Shown here: piece by piece, positions 1 to 9,253 of the stretch | Layout: each line of letters begins with the position of its first letter | Numbering within the stretch: the stretch's first letter is position 1 | Source: Escherichia phage LF82-41 | Sequence record: PV660463 | Reading direction: 5' to 3' (one strand) | Length of the DNA: 64,000 nucleotides | Position numbers and translations under genes: made by a program | Notes under the pieces: generated by a model | Database searches by the model: none | Told to the model about the DNA's origin: nothing | Seen by the model: only the letters and a program-made list of their open reading frames with translations

Positions 1-383
1 TCAATATAAAAACGTGGTTTATTAGGGTCTGCAGTGATATTGAAATTGAATTCTACATCAAAAGCGCCGTCATATCCAGTGATATCTGTGATTAGAAAAT
101 CACAATCATAATAAGCAATTAATGAATCAACCACAAATTCATTTTCAGACCAAAAATATTTACGAGTATTATACGCGTTATCTTTATACCATAATGGAAC
201 AAACTTAAATTCTGGGAAAAGACGTTCGCATTCTTTAATATCAGATGCATTACGTGGATATGTAATCACATCACCCGGATTAGCACGGTGCAAATGAAGT
301 TGGAAGTTGCCATCCTTAAGGATAGCATACTGTCCAGTTTCATAAGACCGCATACTCAAGATAGGTACGCGGAAAATAGCCAT
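1..383 (-). CDS. hypothetical protein, truncated by window edge (N-terminal ~127 aa present)
   Basis: ATG at 383..381 overlaps gene 42 stop as TAATG; open minus-strand frame runs to position 1 (MAIFRVPILSMRSYETGQYAILKDG...). Sits where T4 has beta-gt but shows no resemblance to it. Confidence 0.6.
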   Translation of the reverse strand, partial: MAIFRVPILSMRSYETGQYAILKDGNFQLHLHRANPGDVITYPRNASDIKECERLFPEFKFVPLWYKDNAYNTRKYFWSENEFVVDSLIAYYDCDFLITDITGYDGAFDVEFNFNITADPNKPRFYI

Positions 384-1099
384 TAGTCAAGGAATCCTTT
401 AACATAATCAAAATCACGTTCAAACACATGGGCACTTACCATGGTATGAGTATAATCACCAACTTCTACACCACATTCGTTAGCGATATAATGAAGTAAT
501 TTTCCTTGGAGATAAAAATCCAACTGCATAACAACAGCACAGTTCTGGGAACGCATATGACAGTGGGTATAAAGCTTACCGTCACGAATATAATAAGTCA
601 CTGAGTCAGTACATGGATATTCAAGCGTTTCGTCCGAATCAAGCAAAGCCTGATCAGAACTTTCTAAAATTTGGAACACAACTCTTCGAGAGTTAGGCTT
701 CTCTTTAAGTTCTTTTAGAAGAGCCGGTAATTGGGCCGCAATGCGAGGACCATAGAAAGTGTTGAAGTTCGCCGGCAAAGCATCCGATTTTGGTTTAGAA
801 ATAAATTTAGCGACATTAGGATATGCCTTAAACGCTTCTTCTGCATCAGTACCACCAGAAATCATAAACTTCCAGAAGTCTTCAGCATATTCATAAGAGA
901 TGCGGTTAATACGTGGGTCGGTCATTTTGAATGATGATGGAGTGTCAACAACTACTGTCATAGACCCAATTTCATTACAACGTCCAATACGAGAATCAGT
1001 TACGAATTCTGGGTTTTCTAAAATTTCACGATTGACTGCTTTAAATGCGGATTGAAAATCTGCGGCTTTGATATATTTCATTGTGTTATGTTTTCCCAT
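383..1099 (-). CDS. 42: dCMP hydroxymethylase (thymidylate-synthase family)
   Basis: 238 aa ORF; motifs SRR, YYIRD, HMRSQN, HVFERDF align with T4 gp42; position next to gene 43 region. Confidence 0.8.
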   Translation of the reverse strand: MGKHNTMKYIKAADFQSAFKAVNREILENPEFVTDSRIGRCNEIGSMTVVVDTPSSFKMTDPRINRISYEYAEDFWKFMISGGTDAEEAFKAYPNVAKFISKPKSDALPANFNTFYGPRIAAQLPALLKELKEKPNSRRVVFQILESSDQALLDSDETLEYPCTDSVTYYIRDGKLYTHCHMRSQNCAVVMQLDFYLQGKLLHYIANECGVEVGDYTHTMVSAHVFERDFDYVKGFLD

Positions 1100-1141
1100 G
1101 TTTACCTCAATACAATTTATTATATACTCGATTCGTAAAGC

Positions 1142-1381
1142 TTATTTGAATTTCTTGGCAATGTTGGTATACCGTAAAGCTTCAGCATCGATACTTCCAA
1201 GAACACTGTGAAGAAATGCATCAGCGTAGTATTCCAATCGAACAGGTTCTTTAATCATTTTAGCCGCTTTGGTTTCAAACAGGCCCATAAGGGCCTTTTT
1301 AAGAATTTGTTCGCTGCTGTTAATTTTTATAGTCAAAATCTCTTCGTTAAGTTGGTGGTTAAAAGTTTTTCTAGAAATCAT
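1142..1381 (-). CDS. hypothetical protein (79 aa)
   Basis: ORF in same orientation, ATGA overlap with upstream gene; no recognisable motif. Confidence 0.55.
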   Translation of the reverse strand: MISRKTFNHQLNEEILTIKINSSEQILKKALMGLFETKAAKMIKEPVRLEYYADAFLHSVLGSIDAEALRYTNIAKKFK

Positions 1382-2538
1382 TCTGGGTACCTCAAAGCGT
1401 CATCAGAGTTAGTTATATCAATAATAGATATAGAGTTTTCTGCTAACCCGTTTTTAGATAACTGACGTTTATAATATCTTTCACAATATGTACACGTCGT
1501 CCCACAGATTTCATTAGCACAATCGAAATCTGGATGTCTGAACCACCTTTTTTCTAAAAAGCCATCTAACAAAGAGGTTTCAATATTTACTGTATGTGAA
1601 AACTCAGTTTCATTTTCAAGAGTGAAAATAGTCTCTAAAGGCTTCCACAGTTCTAACAAATTACCTTCAAACTTTTCAGAAGCGTATGCTTCAAGAACTT
1701 TCAAAATGTAGTCTGTGCTACCTGTACGTCCTGAAACTTTGAATTGAGTGATACCAATATCATTATAAAGTTTCAAATCTTGAGGACGAACAAAACGAGT
1801 TCTCAACCAGTTAAATGGGTCTGTATCACGAGCTTTAATACAGTGCTGCATAGGATACCCATTTAAGGATTTAGCATCATCAGCGGTAACATCAGTACTA
1901 TGGAAAATATAGCAAGAGTCACGATAACTACAATGTGTTGTATACCCTTTACCAGCATTAGAACAGAACTCATTTACAAGAACTTCAAATATTATATTGT
2001 TCTTATTGCAAAACTCTGCTGCACGCTTCAGGAAAGAAACTGAACGGTTCTTATGAATTCCGCAACAGACCTTTTTGATGTTATATTGGTCGTGCAAGTA
2101 TTTGATTTGAGTTACAGCATCGACATGTAGAATTGTTGAAACTTCAATCTCAATATCTTTATTGACTTCACGAACAATTTCCATAACAACAGGGTTAGCG
2201 ATAGTAATACGCCATACGCCTATTGACCAAAGATACTGAACATAATCCTGAATAGCTTTCTTCTTCCACTCAACTAGTTCTCTTTTTGAACCAGGATTTA
2301 TCGTGTTGAGTGTATAGTTAAAGCAAATACCTAATTCGTTACAACGTTTAACGTAGTCTTCTAACATCTTTTTGTCAACGTCAGGAAGCCTAAAATCAGG
2401 TCTGGCTGCTACAAAAGCCATTTCTCTTGTAGAGCCATATACTTCGTTTATCAAGCTATTAGGATAAGTTTTATTGAGCTCTACGATTTTATCAAGAAGA
2501 GCTAAATCAAAATTCGTTCCGATTTTAAAAGTATTCAT
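1378..2538 (-). CDS. Cys-rich enzyme of unknown function, possible peptidase-U32-family-like (Fe-S) fold
   Basis: 386 aa; segments NYTLNT, STILHVD, EVLVNEFCSNAGKGYTTHCSYRDSC, FKVSGR resemble U32-family blocks; C-terminal CxxxxCGTTCTYC cluster. Assignment by eye only. Confidence 0.85.
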   Translation of the reverse strand: MNTFKIGTNFDLALLDKIVELNKTYPNSLINEVYGSTREMAFVAARPDFRLPDVDKKMLEDYVKRCNELGICFNYTLNTINPGSKRELVEWKKKAIQDYVQYLWSIGVWRITIANPVVMEIVREVNKDIEIEVSTILHVDAVTQIKYLHDQYNIKKVCCGIHKNRSVSFLKRAAEFCNKNNIIFEVLVNEFCSNAGKGYTTHCSYRDSCYIFHSTDVTADDAKSLNGYPMQHCIKARDTDPFNWLRTRFVRPQDLKLYNDIGITQFKVSGRTGSTDYILKVLEAYASEKFEGNLLELWKPLETIFTLENETEFSHTVNIETSLLDGFLEKRWFRHPDFDCANEICGTTCTYCERYYKRQLSKNGLAENSISIIDITNSDDALRYPE

Positions 2539-2595
2539 TTTTTTTGCATCTCGCGTTAATTGATGCGATGGTTTTTGCAGGTCTTACTTAAATTA

Positions 2596-2982
2596 TTATA
2601 GATTCGGTTTATATGATTTAAATGTTTCGAATTCGCCTTTATTCATAAGAGCTTTGAATTCGTCAGGACGCATAGCTTTGTCGTCGATAATCCAATCATA
2701 TACTGGTTTATGTGTTAGCAAATTATGGTACTTCAAACCAATGTTTTCCAAGTTCTGAATCAGACTTGGGAGAATGTCAATTGCTATACGTCCAGGACCT
2801 ACTGACTTCATACCGCGAGCAGTGTAAAGCGTTATGGTATGCCCTGCATCATACAGGGCATTAATGGCGGTCACCATTTCGACGTCTGGTTTGAAGTTCA
2901 CGTAATCACGATTGTTATTCCACTCTGTTATACAATCATCGACATCAAAACAAAGATTAAGCATGTTTTCTACACGGTGCAT
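2596..2982 (-). CDS. HAD-superfamily phosphatase (small)
   Basis: Motif I FDVDDCIT near N-terminus, motif II ITLYTAR, motif IV WIIDD; start ATG at 2982 couples to upstream stop as TAATG. Confidence 0.75.
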   Translation of the reverse strand: MHRVENMLNLCFDVDDCITEWNNNRDYVNFKPDVEMVTAINALYDAGHTITLYTARGMKSVGPGRIAIDILPSLIQNLENIGLKYHNLLTHKPVYDWIIDDKAMRPDEFKALMNKGEFETFKSYKPNL

Positions 2983-4667
2983 TAGATTCGTTCCCATTGA
3001 TGAGTGATATCGCCACCGATTGGACGATAAGAAACACCAGTTTCTTTATCAGTTAGTACCCATTTACCAGGATTTTTTGTAATCAGAGTAGCCGTTACAG
3101 GTTCTGCTACGTCATAACTAATAGAGCCGTCTTGAAGTACACGGCCCATGTTATGTAATTGCTTAGTCAGAAGTTCCATACCTTTATAATATGCGGCTAC
3201 CGCTTTAAGTGGATTATTCTTGAAATAACCACCTAATGCAATCCAGATAATTGCTACAGCCAAATGATGATACTCGTTAAACGAACTCATCTTTCCATAT
3301 TTGTAAACTAATGGATTGATGTTAATAGTCACATTACAAGTTGTTTCATCAATAGTAAACTGTCCCCAGGTCGGATTAGCATTGAATTCATCATAACCTG
3401 AAACAGCATAAAGCACTTTAGCTTCATCATATAATTTTGGCCCGTAAATCTTGGTTTCACCAAAATATCCACGAGGGTCGATAAACTTGACTTCGCCGTT
3501 ATCAGTAATCATAGTATTACTGAAGTTTGGGTCGCCGTGAATAACAGAGTACTGTCCCTGAGAACGGTTATGATAACGAATAAGATGTTCTAAAGCTTGT
3601 TTCAACATTGGCTTCAGACGTCCAATCTTAGTGTAGTTCACGTGTGTGATTTTACCAAATGAATCAATCAATGGCTGAATGCTTTCACAACGATCAATAA
3701 CTTTCGTATAGAACTCTTTAGTGAAATCACGGCGAACAGTTTCAGGACTTACAAAATAAGTGTCTGTGCTGAATTTCAGTGCATCTAAAATTGCATCAAC
3801 AATTTGTGGACGAGCAAGACTTGATTTGGATTTAATATATTCAAATGCCGGCTTACCTTTAATACGTTCCATTTCAAAATTATTTTCATTTACCGAAACT
3901 AACTGTGGAACTGAATCTGATTTCACTTTCAAATACCACGAAATCTCATCTTTCTGAAGAGCCCGTCCCTGTTCGGTTAATGCGAATTTAGTTACAGTTT
4001 CTTCACCAATTTCAACTGCATTAAAACTACGATTAAGTTCACGAACTTCATGAGCTTTTTCAAGTTTAGGCATATCACCTAAATCAATTATATTCATAAG
4101 CTCTGATTTATTGAATGCGCCGCTGTAAAGGAATTCTACGAAATCACGTCCTTTGCAGTATTCATGAATTTCCTCATCAGTAGAACCCATATAGAATTCC
4201 CAGTCTTTGAACTGATAAATTCCTACAACATTACCACCTGTTGAACCTACGTTAGTGATATTTTCACCGTCGAAATTATATCGACATTCGTCACCCTTAA
4301 CATAGATTGCGTTAACATTCCAAGACCATGAACCAAAATCAGGAATAATATCGCACCAGTTAACAACTACGTTATGGCCGTCTAAATCTTTATGTAATTT
4401 AGCAAGAGCATAAGCAGAACCATACGCTTCATCAACTGTACGAATAGTCACATTGAACCCTTCTTGCTCACAATAAGCTCGAACGGTTTCAGCAAATTTT
4501 GAATGAACTACTACAATAATTTCATCTGCGCCAAGGTCAGAATAAATTGTATACAAATTGCTCAGAATAGTGTCTTGTTTATAGTTAACAAGCACCTTAG
4601 GAATATGGTGAGTAATTGGATATAAACGAGTTGCTAATCCAGCACCAAGAATAACAGCTTTTTTCAT
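2982..4667 (-). CDS. bifunctional sugar-1-phosphate nucleotidyltransferase (N-term) / APH-type anomeric sugar kinase (C-term)
   Basis: 561 aa; N-term AVILGAGLATRLYPIT (RmlA/MurU-type G-x-G-T-R-L loop); C-term VIHGDPNFSNTMITDNGEVKFIDPRG (kinase HGD..N and D motifs, AmgK/LicA-like). Confidence 0.85.
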   Translation of the reverse strand: MKKAVILGAGLATRLYPITHHIPKVLVNYKQDTILSNLYTIYSDLGADEIIVVVHSKFAETVRAYCEQEGFNVTIRTVDEAYGSAYALAKLHKDLDGHNVVVNWCDIIPDFGSWSWNVNAIYVKGDECRYNFDGENITNVGSTGGNVVGIYQFKDWEFYMGSTDEEIHEYCKGRDFVEFLYSGAFNKSELMNIIDLGDMPKLEKAHEVRELNRSFNAVEIGEETVTKFALTEQGRALQKDEISWYLKVKSDSVPQLVSVNENNFEMERIKGKPAFEYIKSKSSLARPQIVDAILDALKFSTDTYFVSPETVRRDFTKEFYTKVIDRCESIQPLIDSFGKITHVNYTKIGRLKPMLKQALEHLIRYHNRSQGQYSVIHGDPNFSNTMITDNGEVKFIDPRGYFGETKIYGPKLYDEAKVLYAVSGYDEFNANPTWGQFTIDETTCNVTININPLVYKYGKMSSFNEYHHLAVAIIWIALGGYFKNNPLKAVAAYYKGMELLTKQLHNMGRVLQDGSISYDVAEPVTATLITKNPGKWVLTDKETGVSYRPIGGDITHQWERI

Positions 4668-4708
4668 GTTGAAGTCCTCATCGGTAAGTAGGTGTATTGT
4701 ACACTATT

Positions 4709-4852
4709 CTAGTTAAAGCATTCATACTTTGCCTGTAGACCAATCATAATCCATCCAATTACAAGTGTTGGAATCATTACCGGAGCCGTTAAGCTCCAGT
4801 AGATAGTCATGACAAGCATCAATAGTAAAAGTCCTATTGTTATTGCTTTCAT
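4709..4852 (-). CDS. small hydrophobic membrane protein (47 aa), not in supplied ORF track
   Basis: ATG overlaps stop of isomerase gene (ATGA); translation MKAITIGLLLLMLVMTIYWSLTAPVMIPTLVIGWIMIGLQAKYECFN is predicted to span the membrane; fills otherwise empty 180 bp gap. Confidence 0.4.
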   Translation of the reverse strand: MKAITIGLLLLMLVMTIYWSLTAPVMIPTLVIGWIMIGLQAKYECFN

Positions 4853-5484
4853 TGCTCGCCTCGTAACATGGCACCTAGTGCACCGCCTGGATGGAACTTA
4901 AGGAAATCATTAGAGGTAAATCCACGTTCAGATGAAAGGTTGATAGCGAACGTATCGATAAGCGCTAACAACAATGTAGTAGACATCGTCGGAGCTAAAG
5001 AGTTCTCGTCAACTTCTACCGCGATACCGGTACAGAACGTATAATCAAAAAGAGCTTCGTATTCTTGTGGAATGTCAGGGTTACAATGTAACAGAATCTG
5101 TTTAACCTGAGGACGAATCATACGAAGATGTTTAGCAACACCTATCATTTCTTCAGTCTTACCGGAACGACTGATGTGAACTAATACATCATTAGGTGCA
5201 ATAAATCCTGCGTCACCATGAGAATAATGCCCAGTGTTCAAATACATGCTAGGAATACCTAGTGAAGCAAATGTCTCAGAAGCTTTAGTTGCAATATTAG
5301 CATTCTTACCAACACCTGTAATAATTACTCGGCTTTCATAATTACTCAGTCCAGGGCGTCGAAGAGTTTCTAGAATAGCATTATAACGAGCAGGGTTTTG
5401 ACTAATTACTTTGGCCATAGCGGCCAAAGAAGAAGCTTGTTTTATGATTGCGTCAATAGCGATAGTAATAGGAGTAGTTTTCAT
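4849..5484 (-). CDS. SIS-domain sugar-phosphate isomerase, KdsD/GutQ-like arabinose-5-phosphate isomerase (no CBS domains)
   Basis: 211 aa; VIITGVGKNANIATKASETFASLGIPSMYLNTGHYSHGDAGFI and C-terminal HPGGALG match KdsD SIS-domain blocks. Confidence 0.8.
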   Translation of the reverse strand: MKTTPITIAIDAIIKQASSLAAMAKVISQNPARYNAILETLRRPGLSNYESRVIITGVGKNANIATKASETFASLGIPSMYLNTGHYSHGDAGFIAPNDVLVHISRSGKTEEMIGVAKHLRMIRPQVKQILLHCNPDIPQEYEALFDYTFCTGIAVEVDENSLAPTMSTTLLLALIDTFAINLSSERGFTSNDFLKFHPGGALGAMLRGEQ

Positions 5485-5524
5485 ATTTCTCTCATTTAAT
5501 TAGTTTACCGTCCATGGCATTATA

Positions 5525-8236
5525 TCAAAAATCAAACATATCGAACAGAGATGCTTTCTTCTCGTAATCGAGTTTCGCTGCTGATGTGAATCCTTCAAGT
5601 GGTTTAATAAATGTCTTCTCAAGGAGAACAGTGTAGTCCATCCAATGAAGTACGTCGTCTTTAATTAAATCTGTGATTTCAGTACCAGAAGGCCATGCGA
5701 TACATTTATCACCGAACGGGTTTCCTTCACGTAAAGGCAGAACATATACTTTTTCACCTTCTACAACTTGTGGAGCATCAATATTACCTTTGATAGCTCG
5801 GTTATATGTCAGAATTCCACGAATATGGAACGGGCATTTGGGACCAGGGAATCCACCTACATCATATTTAGCAATGTTATTCGCAGAAGATACCGACGCG
5901 ATGCTAATATAATTCAATTGACGGAATTCTTTTTCAAACTCTTTAAAATATTCTTGTAATGATTCTTCACCTTCCTGAAGCATACGACGAATACATTCCT
6001 TAAGAGCTTTCTGTACTGCTTTAGGAGTCGAAGATTTCTGAGTCTCTAGACCCATGATTTTGAGTTTAGGCTCAGCGTAACGAGTACCTTCCATATCCCA
6101 CACGTTTAATGCATAACGTTTCTTACCAGTCCAGAATCCGCCAATACCTTTAGAACCAAGCGGAGGACCAGCGATAGCTTCTCGGTCCATGAACATTAAG
6201 TGTTGTTTATTGTTCATGTATTCACACATTTCACGGAAACCTTTATCAATAGCTGGTTCCATACGTTCACGTGCGAACTTATCTAAGAAGTCTACCCAAT
6301 GGTTGGTATCACGGAATTTAGATTCACCAACCTTATCGATAATTTTATCAGCAGATACGTAAATAGAGTCTGTATCACCATAAAGAACGAAAGCTTCACC
6401 TTCTGTACCACAAACTTCATTCAGATATTCATTAACTTTACGTTCAATCCACTGTAAAGCCATTTGACCAAATGTTGTGATTGCAGTAGCATTACGCAAA
6501 TCATAATAACGGAACCAAACGTTACCAAGTGCACCATAAAGCGAGTTGATGAGCAATTTACGGTTAATTTGTGCAGTCATACCTGCAACTTCAGTACGTT
6601 GAGCTCTAAACAACATTTCATTAAGAGATTTAGCAGACAACTTTTTAATCTTTTCTTTAATCTCATCGCTGAAGTCGAAACGATAATCAACATCTAATGG
6701 TTCGTCAACAGAAAGATTAGGATTATGCAATGCCTCTTTAATTATTTCACCATTACGTTGAGCTGCAAGCATGTAACCTTTATGTTCTTTACGTTGATTA
6801 AAGACCTTAGTGATTTCAGTTGGAACTACACCATCACGGTCTTTATAATACATCATGCCGTTAGGAGAGCAACTGTACACATCTGAAGGACGTTCAGCGA
6901 TTGCGTTAATATAATCATGCAGTGGAGCTACTTTAAACGTTCCTGCTATTGTTTCCGGGCTAATATTCACTTGGCGAATAATACTTGGATACAGGGATGT
7001 AAGGTCGAAACTCATTACATATTTGTATCGATTTGGAATAGGTTCCTTAACAAAAGCACCTGGATAAGGTTGAACCGGGTGAGAACGACCTTGTGGAATC
7101 ACCTTGCTCTGCTCTTTAAGGCTATTAAAAATAATAGCATCCCATGTTTTAATTGGGCTAAACACAGATTGAATCTGTATCTTAGCATAATAACCCATGT
7201 CCAAACTCAAGTTGATGAACTGACGCTTAGCATCAATTTGCAATACACGATACACGTCGATAATGTTATAAGAAATATACCGTTGGTGATTGCTTTCACG
7301 AAGCTTAGAAATAGGGCCGTCATATTTCAGTTTACCAACATTCAATTCAAATTCTGAAATGTAATCCAGAGAATACGACGGTTGATTGGTAAAAGAGAAT
7401 TTTTTGTAAAGGTCAATGTAATCAAGAACAGAGATACCGAACATTGTAATGATTTCACGAGAACCATACATGTTTTCGATAACTTTAACACGAGTTTTAC
7501 GATGTGGTGATAAACGTTTCGCAGTAGATTCGCCAAAAATATTCTTGATTCGGTTATACACATATGGAATATCAAATGACTCAACGTTCCATCCAGTCAA
7601 AATGACAGGAGTTTTCTGTTGCCAGAAGTTGAGATATTCCATCAACAATTCTTTTTCGTTATCGAACGGCATATAAATGATTTTATCGATAATTTCAGAT
7701 GGAACTTCATCACCGCCTTGTTCTTGAAGCTTAGCCGCAATTTCGATAGACCATTCTTCTACATTACCATACGGAGAATTCAATAGATCAAATACGTAGA
7801 ACCTGTCGTCAATTGAGTCATAATGGGTGATAGCATCAATCGGATGTTTTGCTTGTGACGGCTCAGGGAACCCATCCGGAGATGTTACTTCGATGTCGAA
7901 GTTAGCCACACGAATTTTTGTATGGTCGTATTTGATTTCATAGTTATAAGTGTCAGACAAATACGCCAATTTGAAATCGTCCATGCCAAGTGCTTCAAGT
8001 CCGATATCTTCCATGCGTTTAATCCATTGGGAGGCATCACGCATATTAGCGAACAACTTACGAGTACACGGTTTACCGTAGATATCGAAATATTTCGTAG
8101 CCTGACTTTCTGGACAATGAGCAAACAGTGATGGTTTATATTCTACTTCACGAGTACGTTCACGGCCATTAGAATCGATGTAACGTTCAAAAATTGAATC
8201 ACCAATCTGTTCAACCGTTAAGTAAAATTCTTTCAT
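5525..8236 (-). CDS. 43: DNA polymerase (family B)
   Basis: 903 aa; N-terminus MKEFYLTVEQIGDSIFERYID..., exonuclease and polymerase motifs (DIE, YGDTDS, KILINSLYG); synteny with regA/62/44/45. Confidence 0.97.
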   Translation of the reverse strand: MKEFYLTVEQIGDSIFERYIDSNGRERTREVEYKPSLFAHCPESQATKYFDIYGKPCTRKLFANMRDASQWIKRMEDIGLEALGMDDFKLAYLSDTYNYEIKYDHTKIRVANFDIEVTSPDGFPEPSQAKHPIDAITHYDSIDDRFYVFDLLNSPYGNVEEWSIEIAAKLQEQGGDEVPSEIIDKIIYMPFDNEKELLMEYLNFWQQKTPVILTGWNVESFDIPYVYNRIKNIFGESTAKRLSPHRKTRVKVIENMYGSREIITMFGISVLDYIDLYKKFSFTNQPSYSLDYISEFELNVGKLKYDGPISKLRESNHQRYISYNIIDVYRVLQIDAKRQFINLSLDMGYYAKIQIQSVFSPIKTWDAIIFNSLKEQSKVIPQGRSHPVQPYPGAFVKEPIPNRYKYVMSFDLTSLYPSIIRQVNISPETIAGTFKVAPLHDYINAIAERPSDVYSCSPNGMMYYKDRDGVVPTEITKVFNQRKEHKGYMLAAQRNGEIIKEALHNPNLSVDEPLDVDYRFDFSDEIKEKIKKLSAKSLNEMLFRAQRTEVAGMTAQINRKLLINSLYGALGNVWFRYYDLRNATAITTFGQMALQWIERKVNEYLNEVCGTEGEAFVLYGDTDSIYVSADKIIDKVGESKFRDTNHWVDFLDKFARERMEPAIDKGFREMCEYMNNKQHLMFMDREAIAGPPLGSKGIGGFWTGKKRYALNVWDMEGTRYAEPKLKIMGLETQKSSTPKAVQKALKECIRRMLQEGEESLQEYFKEFEKEFRQLNYISIASVSSANNIAKYDVGGFPGPKCPFHIRGILTYNRAIKGNIDAPQVVEGEKVYVLPLREGNPFGDKCIAWPSGTEITDLIKDDVLHWMDYTVLLEKTFIKPLEGFTSAAKLDYEKKASLFDMFDF

Positions 8237-8294
8237 TTAATTTCCTTTAGACGAGTTATTGTCTTTTGTTTGTTGATGAAATTATTATACTCCA

Positions 8295-8314
8295 AATGGG
8301 ACCGAAGTCCCATT
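8295..8314 (-). terminator. stable UUCG-tetraloop hairpin downstream of regA
   Basis: aatgggaCCGAAGtcccatt; third member of gggac-UUCG-guccc hairpin family. Confidence 0.45.
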
Positions 8315-8317
8315 GCT

Positions 8318-8686
8318 TTAATTACCAATTGTATATTTTGCTTTCAAAGTCCAGTCATCTTTCTGTTTAAAAGAGATAACACGGAAGTTATTAGTCAGGC
8401 CAAACAGATCTTCACGAGCAGAGTCTTCAATAACAATTAATCCCCAGTCTTCAAGCAACTGAGCAATCGAATCACGTCGCTGATAGTCTTCACCATCGAT
8501 ATCAACTTGTCGCCCGTCCATACGCAGCATTTCTTTAAAGTGGACGATGTAATATTTACCTTGCTTTTGGAGGATATGACAGGACTGATAAAGAACTTTA
8601 TCCTTGTTATTAGCGATGCCCATACGGGTCAAAGTCTCTTTGACTTTCAGAAAATCTTCAGGGTTCTTCAATTTAATTTCAATCAT
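8318..8686 (-). CDS. regA: translational repressor RegA
   Basis: MIEIKLKNPEDFLKVKETLTRMGIANNKDKVLYQSCHILQK... closely matches T4 RegA; start taken at internal Met of ORF 8318..8695. Confidence 0.9.
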   Translation of the reverse strand: MIEIKLKNPEDFLKVKETLTRMGIANNKDKVLYQSCHILQKQGKYYIVHFKEMLRMDGRQVDIDGEDYQRRDSIAQLLEDWGLIVIEDSAREDLFGLTNNFRVISFKQKDDWTLKAKYTIGN

Positions 8687-8688
8687 TT

Positions 8689-9252
8689 TTACCATTCCAA
8701 TGCTAATTTTTTAAATTGTTTTTGTTCTTTCACGTTTTTGGTAACTTCTTTGAGAAATTCATCAGTGACCATGGCCTTCAGTTCTTTAAGGACTATTGGC
8801 AACTTGTTATTTTTTTCAAGGAGCCGCTTATACTCGGTAGCATCGTTCATGTTGATTGTGTAATGTTTCATCAACAGTTTGATAACTAGTAACTCTGAAG
8901 TGTCTTCTACTAGTTTAGCCCATTTAGAGAATCGACGACCACGCGGAATTGCCGCCATCATATAGTTGAAGTGTGCTTCATCACTTAATTCAGAACCGAC
9001 TAAGTTCATCATGTAAACAGCTGGCATACATTCTGGGAACTGGGATAATGAGTTCTCAACCATAAATTTTGAGTAGTCGACCTGAGCAATTGACATCGAT
9101 TTCTTTTCATTAATAGCATTAATGATTTTAAAGAATTCATTCTCAGGTTTTTCTTTAAACATATCAGCACATTTTTGAATCGCATCAGCGTCATTAGACT
9201 TCCATGCAATTTGGTGCTCGTTAAGCTGGACGTCATCATCAAATAAGTTCAT
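8689..9252 (-). CDS. 62: clamp loader small subunit
   Basis: 187 aa, position between regA and 44 as in T4. Confidence 0.85.
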   Translation of the reverse strand: MNLFDDDVQLNEHQIAWKSNDADAIQKCADMFKEKPENEFFKIINAINEKKSMSIAQVDYSKFMVENSLSQFPECMPAVYMMNLVGSELSDEAHFNYMMAAIPRGRRFSKWAKLVEDTSELLVIKLLMKHYTINMNDATEYKRLLEKNNKLPIVLKELKAMVTDEFLKEVTKNVKEQKQFKKLALEW

Positions 9253-9253
9253 A

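Noticed and set aside
1378-2538. Calling the 386-aa protein a collagenase/protease because of U32 resemblance
   Set aside because: Characterised U32-family members are Fe-S hydroxylases rather than proteases and the similarity is by eye; kept as unknown enzyme.
5673-8131. Plus-strand ORFs (5673..5912, 5768..5959, 6464..6697, 6917..7357, 7449..7676, 7922..8131) inside gene 43
   Set aside because: They lie antisense within a highly conserved DNA polymerase gene, lack RBS context and are typical of AT-rich antisense frames.
8303-8330. MotA-box-like TGCTTTA followed by TATATT on the plus strand near regA 3' end
   Set aside because: No plus-strand gene downstream; likely chance match in AT-rich sequence overlapping the hairpin.
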